Made by a program: the position numbers and the translations under genes. The notes beneath the pieces are model-generated. The model ran no database searches, was not told where the DNA came from, and was given only the letters and a program-made list of their open reading frames with translations. This document shows, one piece after another, positions 41,274 to 54,552 of a DNA stretch of 64,000 nt. The stretch is from Podarcis gaigeae (taxonomy: Eukaryota), in assembly GCA_964106915.2 (NCBI GenBank), contig OZ066919.1; one strand, written 5' to 3'. Numbering within the stretch: position 1 is the stretch's first letter; each line of letters begins with the position of its first letter.

Positions 41274-41506
41274 ACAGATAGGTAGCCGTGTTGGTCTGCC
41301 ATAGTCAAAACAAACAAACAAAAAATCCTTCCAGTAGCACCTTAAAGACCAACTAAGTCAGTTCTTGGTATGAGCTTTCGTGTGCATGCACACTTCTTCA
41401 GATTCAGATTCTGTGTATCTGAAGAAGTGTGCATGCACACAAAAACTCATGCCAAGAACTGACTTAGTTGGTCTTTAAGGTGCTACTGGAAGGAATTTTT
41501 TTTGTT
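41274..41506. mobile_element. Penelope-like element remnant (inverted pseudo-LTR) with 15-bp TSD and hammerhead ribozyme motifs
   Basis: TSD tttccccatccagtt at 41259-41273 and 41507-41521. Inverted arms 41326-41403 / 41417-41494. 'ggtagccgtgttggtctg' and 'ctgaagaagtgtgcatgcacacgaaagctcat' are typical squamate Penelope LTR motifs. Confidence 0.88.
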
Positions 41507-44294
41507 TTTCCCCATCCAGTTCACCCAATTCTAATTAAACCTCCAATGCATGCTCGTGCACGCACCCATTCACAAACCAGTTTGTGCTACAAAAGGGGCT
41601 ACGAAACCCTAACAATTTAAAGCAGCATTGTGGAACATCTTGGGTGTGCCTGCAGAATAGGTCCACTGGCCTTTCCTCAGGCCCGCTCTCCCCCCCCCCA
41701 ACCCCCTGTCAGCTGGACAGTACAGCACATAGCATGGAAGAAAAGCAAGCTGCCCATGGAGGAAAAGATCACACTCCATGGGCAATTGGCAGCATTTCTG
41801 CACTGCATGTTGAGAAATTTTTAAACCCCTGAAGATGTATCCAATGTGTAAGGAAGGGTTATGGGCTGTCGGTCCACGTTTTCTTAGATGTGTGGAGTCT
41901 TTATTGGTTAAGCAGAGAACTCTTTTCCTCTTAGCACAAAAAGAAACTGAAAAAGTGTGAAAAATGTCCATAAATATGTTTGCAGTTTTCTTTAACATTT
42001 TTGAAAGAGGATTGTGATAAATGTGCTTACATAAATGGGATTTTTGTGGAGGAGGGAATTCACAGGTACCCATTTGTAATGACCTGCAAGGCTTTTGTAC
42101 CTGGGTCAAAACAGTCTAACAGGCATCTGTCACATCATGGTGCTTGCTCTTGACTAATGTTCTCTATTAATGAAAATGAAGAAACACAATTGGCAGATCA
42201 TTCAGGTATGGGTAAGAACTGTCACTCAGATTGAAAATAATTGCATCCACAGTAGAGATCGCAATAATAGTTTCCAGAAGTCTTTGTTTAAAAACATAAA
42301 TGTGTTTCTTTCCTTACTGCCAAAGAACAACGCCACCAAGAGCAAGAGTTCTCTGGCCTCCTCCTAATTTCACCTTTCAGAATCCAGGTTCAGATGTACG
42401 GATGCAATAGCAAATTAATTTAAAGAGAATATGATTCCATCCCAGTCTTTTGATTTCCAATTGAACCATACAACTGTTTATGTGGCAGCAATATGGTAAG
42501 CCCATTACCACTTGATAAATTTTGTTCTGCAACTAGTCTTGTGGGTGCTTTGGCACATGGGTGTAGAATTGAATCCAGTTTGTGGGCCTGACCTTTACCT
42601 CCCCTTCCATTCCAGATCAAGTTTAAGAGGTGGGTGTGGCTCACGTCTCCTATCTTCTTGTAATGACTTCACTAAGCTAGCCAGGACAATTTGTATGCCT
42701 GTCCCACACCAGATGTCCTATCTGACGTCAAGTGTACAGCAGATGGGCATAGCTTGGCTAAATCAACCTAGCAGGTCAAATGGAGAGGCCTGGTGGGCCT
42801 ATTGAAGCCTGTGGACTGGAGGTTCCCCCACTGCTGCTTTAGTAGGTCCTCATTACATGTTGAGTTCCTTATGTTCCAGCTCAACTCTTCTTCTTACTGA
42901 GCTTTCCAACAGGTGGTATGAGAGATGTCAGTGAACTCACAAAGCTAATCACTGCCAGAAATTAGGAAAGACCACTTGAGGCAGTTTCACTTCATCTCCA
43001 ACATCTTGTTTAAAATGTTCACATGAAACATCCCTTAGTCATGAACAGCAGTATTGTAGAAAGAGCTTAATTTGGTGGGGCGGAAGGGCTATGTGTAATG
43101 CTTATTTTGCATCGCTTTGTCCTGTTTAGCTGTCACTGCCATGAGTAAGTCCTGATAACATGTATTTTCTCTACTGCAGCTTGAAATGGCAACATTGGAC
43201 TACGTTAATTCACTGGGTCTTTGCTTCGTGTATTCTCACATACAAACTGGGAAAGACTGCAAAAGGCTTAGAGATTAAATTTGATCACTTGGAGGGTTTG
43301 GCCTCCCTGGATTAACCACCTATTTTATATTGCAGGCAGCAAAGGTGCAGCTGTAATTCAGGCACACTTGGCTAGTTCCAAAAGACTGTTTTTGTTTGCT
43401 ATTCTTTGTGTATGCCTTTGCAAGCTAAGCTGTGTCTCGTGATACTCTTCTATATCCCTGCTTTTGTTTAATTTTGTACTGTAGAGGAGTGTGTGTTGTG
43501 GTTGTATTGGTGCTGCTGTTTCTTGTTTTTGAATGCTAGCTCTGGTGTCTTTCCAGTTAAGCTCTGTGTACCTTTTGTCTTTGAAAATCAATGGAGAGCA
43601 AATAAAAAAGAACTAGTTTTCAGTGGTACCTTTTGCACAAAAACCCTTTTATGTTTGCTAGTGAAGAGGCGGTTTCTCGGGATGCCAGACTTTGCATACA
43701 AAAAATGGCTTGGGCTCTTATTAAGCTTCAGTTGCTTTTTTTTTTGGTATTTCTTTTGAAAATTATAGATACCCACCATAGCCCCTTAACTCTGCGAAGT
43801 CAGAAACCAGATTCATTTCAATGTTCTCTCATGCTATAGAATATGGAAAAAGTAGTGTCTGCAAAGTGGATTTTTGACAGGATAGCAGACAAGGACGCCT
43901 GATAAAATGTGAATATTTTATTTGCACAATTTTGCATTGCCCTGTAAATAAATAGGTTGACCATTCAGAGATAAGCAGAATAGAGGAGAAGGCTGGAGGG
44001 ACTAAAATGTTATGCAAATCATGAATATGCAGATTGGACATAGGAAGTTAACATGAAGGACAGAAGTATAAAACACTTAGACTTTGTTCATACAACACTT
44101 TAAACCGTACTTCAACTAAATGTTGCTTTAAATGTGAACACACAGCATGTGCTGGTGCATGCTGCTAAAATCACAGACCATTTGCTCTTCTTCTACCCAC
44201 CATGTGGGAAGGAAGAGTAGAATGCTTGACTGTGTAGTCTATAAAAGCACAGGTTTGTCTTAATCCAGTAGGATGGAATGATTTCTGTAGCTCA

Positions 44295-44996
44295 CAAAAT
44301 TTGAGCCCCATTTCTAAATACAGAGGCCTGCTCGGAAGAAAAATGGACATTATTGGGATAGAGCTTCTTCGAGAGTCGGTGCTGGAAATAAAGGACTACC
44401 AAATAAAGGATTATCAAAAAGACTGGCAGAGAGAAATTGAAAGAGGTTTAAAAGCCTCTGGTGTTTGGGATCCAGGCTGAGAAATGGACGTATTTATGGA
44501 TACTGGTTTGGGGATCCAAACCGGGAAAGGGAGGGTGAGATTTGGGAATCCGAAAGGTGATATAATCTGTTAGATTTTGTTTTTATGTTTATTTCTTTTT
44601 TGTAACTTTTATGGAATGTGGAAAATCGAGGAAGAGGAATTTGGGCCGACTTTAGGAAAAAGGTTTAAGATTAAGTTAGAATTGGGTGTCTGTTAAATTA
44701 AATTGTTATAAGGTTTTAAAGATAAACCGGGGAATGAAAGACAGAAGAAAAAGGAAATAAATAGTATGGTTTAACAAAATTATTAAGTTAAGGTTGTGAA
44801 ATAAGATAAGAACTTGCTGAATAGATAGTAAAGAAAATATAATACAGAAGGGGGAGGGGGAGGAGGTCGAGGAAATAAGGTTCAGGAGAATTTTTTTTGA
44901 AATTATACATGTTTGTATGTTTTGGTTTGTTTATGTATGTATGTTGTTTTGTCTTTAACTTGTGTTGGAAAATCAATAAAAAATTATTAAAAAAAT
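44295..44996 (+). mobile_element. 5'-truncated L1/Tx1-type LINE insertion
   Basis: 19-bp TSD gaatgatttctgtagctca (44276-44294 and 44997-45015); AATAAA at 44975-44980 then an A-rich tail; purine-rich 3' UTR with a G-tract. Confidence 0.85.
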
Positions 44997-45973
44997 GAAT
45001 GATTTCTGTAGCTCAAATATCCAGATAAGAACGCCAGCTGATGTGGGACTGGCTGGTAAGAAGAGATATAACACTCTAGTTTTGCTTAAGTATCTGCAAA
45101 CAAAAGGATGACATGAGAATAAATGAGGTTCTAGTATTTTAAGAAGCTTTTAAATGGTGTTCTGACTTTTCTCATATATTTGTCTGTCTTGCTTGCAACT
45201 CATGTTTAGCAGAGAACAGTACATCTTGCCTAAGATGTGAGGAAATGTGCTGAGCTTAGGAGATATTTGCTGAAGTGCTGCTCTGGAGCATTTGGGGGTT
45301 TTCTGTACAGGCCTCATAATGGCCTCAGCTACACTTACCTGTAAGGGTAGTACAGCTACTGCAGATAGAATTACCTTTTTCTCTCACTGCTGAATTTTCT
45401 TTTTTCAAACTGTTCATCATAGTGATACTTTCATCTTATAATAGAGCAGTAAGCCACGGCAGGGTGTACATTGCTCATTTTCTGCACGCCTCAGGTATCT
45501 TCAATTGCCTGGGAGAGTTTCTGGCAGCTTCTTAATGTGCACCCTGGCATGGATTGGTGCAATTGCTTTGGCTTGTTAATTTTACATTCATTTGTTCATC
45601 ATAGTCATTTAATAATCATATGTGCCTTTGGAAGATCAGGACAACATGGGGGAAATTCAGTGAAAACTGAAATGAAAAATACTTGTCAGAGATTTGAGCT
45701 GCCTCTTCACTATTTTTGCTATGCTTATTGTTTGAGAGTCATATATACAGATATATTGTTTGAATGGGTGAGCTACTGTGGAATCATGGACTCACGCCAA
45801 TCTACATATATGTACAATTGCATGATCAAGCTTAGGAAAATAGGTTTGCCAGAGGAGTCACCTGTGCACAGCCCTGATTGGCTGGTGCTTGCAATATTGC
45901 AAACCAATTTCCTGTTTTGGAATTTTGTCCCATTGCTACCTGGTAACATGATTCTCTTTCTATTGTGTTTCAG

Positions 45974-46162
45974 AGAACCAGATCCCATCTGGCTTTCCAA
46001 CCATAGACATGGGTCCACAGCTCAAAGTAGTAGAGAAGGCCCGCACTGCTACAATGCTCTGTGCTGCCAGCGGTAACCCTGACCCTGAAATATCCTGGTT
46101 CAAAGACTTTCTTCCTGTGGACACAGCCACTAGCAATGGCAGAATCAAACAGCTCCGTTCAG
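45974..46162 (+). CDS. PTPRF: PTPRF (LAR) coding exon, first half of Ig domain 2 (189 nt, phase 1-1)
   Basis: Acceptor ttgtgtttcag, donor gtaaaa. Translates (E)[62 protein letters not shown](G), the LAR-RPTP Ig2 sequence. VEKART, EISWF and ATSNG match PTPRF rather than PTPRD (VERTRT, EITWF, SNNNG). Confidence 0.95.
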
Positions 46163-48394
46163 GTAAAACAATAAAGTCTTCTCATTTCCTGACCCGACTC
46201 CACCCCAAATCTTTCTCTACAGGAAGCAACTGTGGTATTTTGTACCTAGATTGTGGGGTTCACTTTTTCACCCAACTTCTGCTACGTTTGAAACATTGTG
46301 TGATACGAAGAAAGATTTGGGTGAGAGAGTAGATTTTAATAGTTAGGATATTTGTCCTTGTTAACTGAAGAAGCAGAGCCTTTTGAACATGCTTTCTTGT
46401 GTCCCATGAGCAAATGAGATTTCTTATCCATGACCCGGTAGCATATTGGATCAGAAATATATCACTCCAATTCCAATATAGGTTCCTGCTTTCAGGATAG
46501 TAAAACACATGTCACTAGTTGTTCCACTTAGACCAACAGTCTGACAAAAGACATTTTGATTCATGAATAGTTACTCAGTTGGGCCAAAGACAGAAGCTCT
46601 TAGCCAGTTTCCAAAATGTGGAAAATCTGGATTTCTAAAATGCACAGGACATTCATGAACAGAAATCTTCCCTGCTGCAGAAATTTTCCCCATTAAATGA
46701 GAAAATTATAAGAATGAAGGTTGGGGAATGATGGGAGGTAGCCTACTCACCCAGCTGCCTCCCTCATGAATTTATGTTAACCTAATGGCAACTCTGAAGA
46801 GGGCTGCTTAAAACATTTCAGTGGCTTCATACGTTCTATAATTCTGCCTCTTTTGGTAACAGGGAAACTCTTCATATAGCCATGGTGCCAGAGCACAGTG
46901 TGGATAGGAAGTTAGGATAGTCCTTTTGAGGGAGAGAGAGAGAGATTGTGATTGGGATATCTGCCCCATTCTAATGAGCATACATGCCCATTAGCTGGCC
47001 TCTGATAACTACTTGTATGCAAAACTACTACCCCCTGCAAGCAATGTAACTCATATGTGGTAGTGGTCGTGGCTCTTAAATTGATATATATCAGATTCTG
47101 CAGAAATGAGTTTATAATTAGCTCCTTGCTGACACCTGTGAGACCTCAGTCTTGCAGTAGGCTCCCCCGCATATAGAGCAGTGAGCACTAATTACACTGA
47201 TAAATTTACAGTTTATATAATTTCACAGTGACCTTTAGCGTAATCTCAATATGTTTGTGCTGAAAGAAAATATCACCCTCGTTAATTTAACTTGAAAGGC
47301 ACTAAGCAGGCAGCATTAGGGAAGTGCATCCATGGATACTTGCTCTTCATACTTACTAAATCAGCATCCTCATCTAGGAGGATTGCAGATGAGCTGGGCA
47401 ACCCTTAGGCACATGCTGGGCTCTCAACAACATTCACATCATGTGCACTCGCCTGCTGCTGAGCAAGCTTCAGGGAGGAAAAACCTGAGTTTAAAAACAA
47501 AACGTGTTCAGCACTACCGTCACGTCCAAAGTTTATTTTGTTTTTCTTCATTGTAAGCAGTGTCTCAACTGAATTTCACCAGGGATTCGGAGTCCCCAGT
47601 TGTAGAAGACATTTGAATTTCCGGGAGGAGGGTAGAAATCAATGAGTAGCATATCTGCAGGCCTGAGAGAAAATTGATTAAGCTGTATGGAAGTAAATGA
47701 GGTTTATAGACTTGCATATAGTGAGCTCAAAAAAGAGGTTTAAGGTCTTTATTGGTAGGAACATTGGAAGAGCTCACAAAGCAACATTAGTATATGCCGC
47801 TGATCCAAATTGCCTCTACTCAATGAAGCTTCCTTTCCAGCAAGTGTGTAGAGGACTATTGTAACAAAGTATTTCATTTTCATAATCAAAAGAGGGAACT
47901 TTATAAGTCTGCAGTTCATAGGGTTCTGAAACTGCATAGAACAGATAATGACCCAGTTCACATGTAGCACTAAGCCAAACAGAAGCTTAGCATGGAGGAG
48001 TCAAATCTCAAACTTATGTACAGATGTAATGCCAAGCTAAATCGTGGTTAATGCCTGGGCCATTTAGCAGCACCAGGGGAGGAATGCTGCATCGCAGTCT
48101 TCATTCTGGGAACCTGCATGTTTGCTTTCTCATGCCAAGTTATGGTTTGGCTTTGCACGGCATGTGAACTTGGCCGTTCTATTGGTCAGCTGCTGAAGAC
48201 TTGGGCCCTTCCAAACACTCTCTATTTCTGTGTAATATTTTCCCAGTATTCAGACTGCAGTATATCTCTGAACAAATGCAGCTGTTTTCCCACCAGAATC
48301 TATGATGTACTGTGCCATGTCGAATGGGATTGTCTGAGTGTCATGACCACCAGTTGGATAGGCCCTGTGACACCACTGGTCTGAGAAGCTGAGG

Positions 48395-49690
48395 CAAATA
48401 GTGTTGAAAGGAGTTGGATTTCTAGGCCCTATTGACGAATTAAAAAATGACAAGTCCCTGGGTCTGGGTGGCATCCACATGAGAGTTCTTAAATAATTCA
48501 AAATATCTCACTTCTCCCTAAGATTAGACTGCATATCTGAGAAATTGAAAGCGGCCAATGTAACACCAATTTTTAAACAGCGATTGGGGCGGGAGGAGAA
48601 ATCCAGGAAGTTAAAAGCCCAGTAGTTTGTTCTGGGAAAGCATTCTTAAAAAATAGAATTAGCAAGCATATTGAAGAGCAAGTATTGCTGAAGAACCACC
48701 ACCATAGCTTTTCCAAGAGTAAGTCCTGTCTCGGTGTCTCAATAACCTTTTAGCATGTAAATAGAGGTGATCCAGTAGACATTGTGTACTCCAGCTTTCA
48801 AAAAGCCTTTGACAGAGTACCAGACCAAAGACTCCCGAGTAAGCTCAGCAGGCATGGAATAAGAGCAAAGGTCTCTTATGGATCAGGAACTGTTTCAGAA
48901 ACAGGGAACAGAAAGTTAGAATGGAGATCCCTTTCAATGGAGGAATGTTGGAAGTAGAATTTCTCAAGGATTCGTGTTGGGGCCTTCTCCCTTTGACTTG
49001 CACAGAGTTAAGAGGGTGAGTTGTGAGGTGGCAAAGTTTGTTAATGATACCAAATCGTTCAGTGTGTTTAAAACAAAAAAAGGATCGTAAGGTGCTCCAG
49101 AAGGATCTCTCCAAATTGGGTGAGTGTGCATAAAATGGCAAATAGAATTCAATGTAAGGAAGTGTTAAGTGATGCACACTGAGGCAAAAAAAAATCGTGA
49201 ATTGGTGGTGACTCACTAGAAATGAGATTTTGGGGTCACAGCGGATAACTTGATGAAGCTGTTGACCCAGTGAGCAGCAACTGTGAAAAGTGCAGATTCC
49301 ATGCTAGGGATCATTAGGAAAGGAATTTAAAATAGAACTGCTGATATCATAATGCTGTTATACAAATCTATGGTGCAACTGCATTTGGAATACTGTGTAC
49401 ACTTGTGGTTGACTCTCCTCAAAAAGGATATTGTGGAGTTCAAAAAGGTTCAGAAAGGGAAAGCCAAAATGATCAAGAGGTTTCAGCAACTCCCCCGTGA
49501 GAAGTTTACAATACAAATTGAGTGACAGGGACATGGTAGAGGTGTGTAAGATTATTCATAGTGTGGAGAAATTGGATAGGGAGACATTCTTCTCCCACTT
49601 TCATAATAATTTGGGCCCATCCAATGAAGCTAAATGTTGGAAGATTCAGGACAGACATATAAAAGAAAGTACTTCTTCACACAGGTATAT
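48395..49690 (+). mobile_element. Degenerate CR1 LINE ORF2 (RT) fragment
   Basis: KS.G..GIH.RVL, ANVTPIFK, VDIVY..FQKAFDRVP, KF..DTK, LYKSMV..HLEYCV and 'aagtacttcttcacac' motifs with many frameshifts. The CR1 tail appears to resume at about 50145-50390. Confidence 0.88.
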
Positions 49691-52600
49691 AATCAGCTGA
49701 AATAAAATTAACTAATTTATTATTAACTATGGCTATTTGCAGTTTAGTAGCACTGCAGAGAGCTTGCTGGGGAGACCATGCATTAAAAAGGGACTCAAAA
49801 ATAACTTAAACAAGGTTTTAATAACAAAAACTCCTTATACACTAAATACATCAACAACAAACCAGACCCAACCACCAACCCATCCCCCAGGGTAATGAGG
49901 GAGCTAGGTGCTGCTCCTTATATACTATGCCCAAATGCTGACACAGCTTAATTAACACAACCTAGTAGCACCTGCTATGTTTCACAGCTGTAAGACTGGG
50001 TCTCGTTATTTGCCTTGGCTCTGGCCCTTAAAGACATACACAACTTGTGAAGCAATAATGAACCTTCACATTTTAAAGTGACCATTCAACAATCTTATAA
50101 AAAATTTAATAAATATTTATATATATAAAAAAAACAATCTACACCACCAAAATGTAGTTGTAGTTACCACTGTGGGTGGCTTTAAAAAGAGGATTAGGAA
50201 TAAATTTATCAGTGGCTACTAGTGCCTTGATGTCTATGTACTATCTCTGCTGTCAGAGGCAGTATTGAGGTTACTGGGAATCATCAGTGGAAAGGGTGCT
50301 GTTGCTCTCAGGTCTTGCTTCTGAACTTCCAATAGGCATCTGTTTGGCCACTGTAGACAGTTTCTGAGCCAGCAGGGTTCTTCTAATGTATGCCACTTAC
50401 CCCTATAAGCATGCCTTAAAGCGACTCACAGCAAAACAGCAAAAACATATGAATACGTCACTACACTAAATAGTCCAAAACCAATTCATTACAAAATATA
50501 ACAAAATTTGAATGAACAATTCATTTCAATAAAACAAACTTTATAATGTTTATATAAGTCATTAAATCTTATCAGTTGATATTATTTATATTAAATAGGT
50601 AAGCCAAAGCCAGATATGAGAAAGCCTTCCAGTATAATCATGCATTAACAAATAATATAACCAGTGCTATGTGCAATAAATGGCAAGCATATTTTATAGA
50701 ACCTGCAGCAGATAATCTCTCACATGCCCCACTCTCATATTCTGATTAACTTTCTTACTTATGAAAAAAGAAAACAAGTATTTAAAGGTTATAGTCATAT
50801 TTCCTACATTTACTGTGGAAGAAAACTAATGCCAAGTCTAGACAGTGGCTTGCAGCTCCTCCTCGCTATTGATTGTACCGAGGCTGGACAGGGCAATTTG
50901 TGGGCTTTTCCTCCAGGTGCAACTAAAAGTGGCATCCCAAAATGAAGTAAATAGTAATAAATGTTTGATCATAAAAACTAAACTGTGCCTTTACATGATA
51001 CAATCTAAGAGAGGCAGCTGAACTTACTTGTGTAAGATTCAGGCTGTGACATTCAATCTGAGTTTGTTTAAAGATGAACAAGATTAAAAAGCAGTCAAAA
51101 TGTGTTAGGTTTTTACCTCAAGTGTTTAGGACATTGCTTTCAAAATGGAACATAGCCATAGAATGATTATGTCAGAGGCCTAGTTTCCCACTTCATCACT
51201 TGCTCCCCAAGCAAAGGAAGACAGATCTGCAACATACGAGGTTTGGCAACACAGTTCCTCTAATGCTCCTGGCTGATGAGTGATGTAAAGATTTGCTGTT
51301 GTTAATTGTTTTTCTTTCTATCACACCCCTCCTGCACTTGCTGCTCAAGGTACTATTAAATAAAATAATGTTGTAAAATAAAGTAAGGGCATATTAAACA
51401 TTGACTTATGTAGAGTGGAGGAAGGCATGGCAGTGAAGATGTAGGCTAAGGAGACGCATTTACACTTTGCTGAAAAATTTGTGTAAAAATGAGAGGAAGT
51501 ACACAAGCCAAAGCTGAAATGGGAGGCGAGATTGCATCATTGGCAAGGTTATGATTAAAAGATACTCCTACAGTACCAGATCAAGAAAGTGGCCAGCAAA
51601 GTTGCTCTTGCTGCTTGGGCCAGGCATTAATAGAAAATGTGGCTGGTCATAAATTAAAAGTAGGAATGAAATGGATTTAGTGTGGGCATAGTCATTCATT
51701 CATTAAATGTATTTATGCGACTGCCATTCTGCCAAGGCACCCAAAATGGTTTATAATTTTGAAATACTAAAGCAACCAAATACTACAAAATTTTGAACAA
51801 CAGAATTCTCTCAGTAAAGCCAACCCTGGGAATGTTACTAGGAGGCATTGTAGGATGGAAGGCATTTTATACACATTGGTGGGATCTGCATTACTTAACA
51901 CCCAGAGCATCCAGTATAAGGAACAGCAAAAATGTGGAAAGGTTTTAGAATTAGGGTGGCTTGGGCTGCAGTCCTAACTAACTTTCCTGGAAGAAAGCCC
52001 CATTGACTCTAGTCAGACTTACTTTTGAGTAGACATGGTTAGGATTGAGCTTTTACTCAGAGTAGCACTCGCATACCAACATTCTTTTCAAATATTATTG
52101 GCCTAGTTACCTCATTGGGAAAGTCAGATCCTCAGGTCTGCTATATCTGTAGTTCTGCATTCAAGGCTATGCAAAGTGCCATATACCTCAAATTGGTTTG
52201 GATTTGGTTTAAATGGTCATTCAGACCTGAATGTTTCTAATGTAGATTATCAACGATATGGACAAGCCTTTTGGTCACATTCAAAACTCCTTTGTGCTAG
52301 AAAGTGAGCAAATGAAGATCATAGACTCATAGAGTTGGAAGAGACCACAAGGGCCAGATGTCATTCCTTAACTATAATTTCCTATTTTCATCCAAACCAG
52401 GAAATTTTGGTTAACATCTTCAGAACAAACCAAGATATTAAACAGTTTTTCAAAGTTTAATTAACTGGTAACCATGGTTTCCTAGTTCAGATGAAATGGG
52501 AAACTATCGTTAATGGAAGACATCGTGGTTTGTTTTGCTTGAAGTGAGGAATGAAAGGACTGTATGCACAGCCAAATTCCTGCTCTTGTCTCTGCTTACT

Positions 52601-54543
52601 AAGACAGAAGTTTATTGTGGAATTGCTGCTGAACCATGCATTTTTTTCTTGCAGTCTCCACATGAAGTTGTTGTCACCAAAATGCCAAGCAATATATGTA
52701 TATATTTTAAATTTAATTTCCATACCCCTTACTGCGAAAAATAGATAAATAAAAATAACTTGTTATAAACCTAAAGTCACTGCGGGAGTGGAAGCCAGTT
52801 AGTGCATTAGCACTTTTTTGTGTGGTGATGGTAGCAGTTTGTCACATGTGGTGACATTTCAGTGGGTGGCCCCTAATGCGACAGTCTGCACACAGTTACA
52901 GAAATACCTGCATACATGCACAGAGCAGAAGGCAATGGAGGGGGGTGGTGGAGTGTTGGACAGGAGGGACAACAAAACCATCTTCATATACACTCTGTTG
53001 AGGTCCTCTAATGTGGACAGCAACTGCAGAATAGCAATGATATCCACGACTGGGAGAGAGGTGGGGAACAGAAATATGTGGAAGCTAACATGCCAAATGT
53101 ACACACTGAAATATCTGATCTGAGCATTATGTTTGCAATATAAGCCCCATCCTGGAAGCACCCTAAGGCAGCACAATAATAAGTGTCATTAATTATTTAG
53201 GTTGGGCAGATGTCTTATAAGAACACTGGAAGCTGCATGCAGAGTCAGTCCATTGGTGCATCCAGCTGAATATAGTCTAAAATGACTATTAGTTGGTCTC
53301 CAGGTTTCAAGCAGGAGTCTGGAGATGCCAAGAATTGGATAAACCGGCAGCTTCTGCATTCTTGTTCATGCTGAAAACGTACTCCATTAGAATTAAAACT
53401 TAGGATGTTGTCCAAATTTTTATTTTGTAGCATATGACTTGCATCTTCATTTGGTGATCCTGACCACTATCATGGGAGTTCTGAATAATTTTTATTTTAT
53501 GTCTTTTATTGCCATATTCTCTAACATATATTAGTGCATACTAAACCTCCAAAGAGATCTTGTTTCATTGCTTCAGAGCCACTATACAGCTCTGGCAAGG
53601 GCTATCTTACACTAAGATCTGGAGACTGGGTTTTAATAACATACCAGCTAAACTTTAGGGAATCTATTTTGAGTGTGTGTTGGGATTCCATACAGAATTT
53701 TCAGTGACTAGGTGGATACAGAACAGCTCCAGATGATCTGTTTGGCAGCAACATAAAACAGAAGCTGCTTCAGTTAGCCAGGAATCATTTCTGGACTCTG
53801 TTGTAAGAGATGCTTCTTGTCTCTTAGAGTGGGGGAAGGGGATGTAGACTCTTTATTTACAGTGATAATTTGGAGATGGTTCGGGGGCAAGTAAGCACTC
53901 AGCAAATTTTTCTTTGGGGCATGAACCAATAACCCTCTTCTTCCTGTCAGTACAGCTTGTGAGCCATACAAGCTTCCGTGATGAGAATGGTTCTGTTAAG
54001 GGGGATGGAATGGTAGAAAAGCAGATAAATAGGCAGCAGATTTATTATGGTAGAGATTACCCGCAACTTCAGCAAACGGCATTAGCCTTCCTGATGCTTC
54101 ACTCATCTGTGGACAAAAGCATCAGCAAGTATAAACCAGCCATAAAGCGAAAATGGAGTAATGTCATCTCGGCTGTGGAGAATGCTAAACGAAGCAGCTG
54201 GAACTGCTTCCTCTGATTAAAAGCTAGGGCTACTGCCTGAAGGAACATACACTAGGAGAGTGGGAGGGAAAGCGATAACAAGTGTAAATATTTTAATTAC
54301 TCTTTAAGAGGCAAGTTAAACATGCTTAAAATCTGCCTTCTTTGTATTTACAGAAATCTTTGAGTGTCTTTCTTTGTTTCCCATTGGGTGATCAGTGCTG
54401 TGGATAATGGAATGTGGGGAGCGGTTAATCTCAGATACACAGCACTCATATGCTTACTGGTATTTATTGATCAATACACGGAACATGATTTGACGCTCTG
54501 TGTCCTGTTTAACCCTCTCTTTCTATCTGTTTAAACTCCCCAG

Positions 54544-54552
54544 TTTTCTTTG
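54544..54552 (+). CDS. PTPRF: Candidate 9-nt PTPRF microexon (V-F-F), positional equivalent of the 3-aa meA segment of PTPRD
   Basis: ctctctttctatctgtttaaactccccag|TTTTCTTTG|gtaagt: long pyrimidine tract, consensus donor, frame-preserving, ends in G (phase 1), about 1 kb upstream of the 18-nt meA. TGCATG at 54628-54633. Confidence 0.6.

Noticed and set aside
45471-46076. Longest ORF in the track (201 aa)
   Set aside because: Non-ATG start, no recognisable homology, overlaps the real exon in another frame.
46163-46332. C-terminal part of ORF 46009-46332 (GKTIKSSHF...)
   Set aside because: Intronic read-through past the donor at 46163; PTPRF homology ends at QLRS(G).
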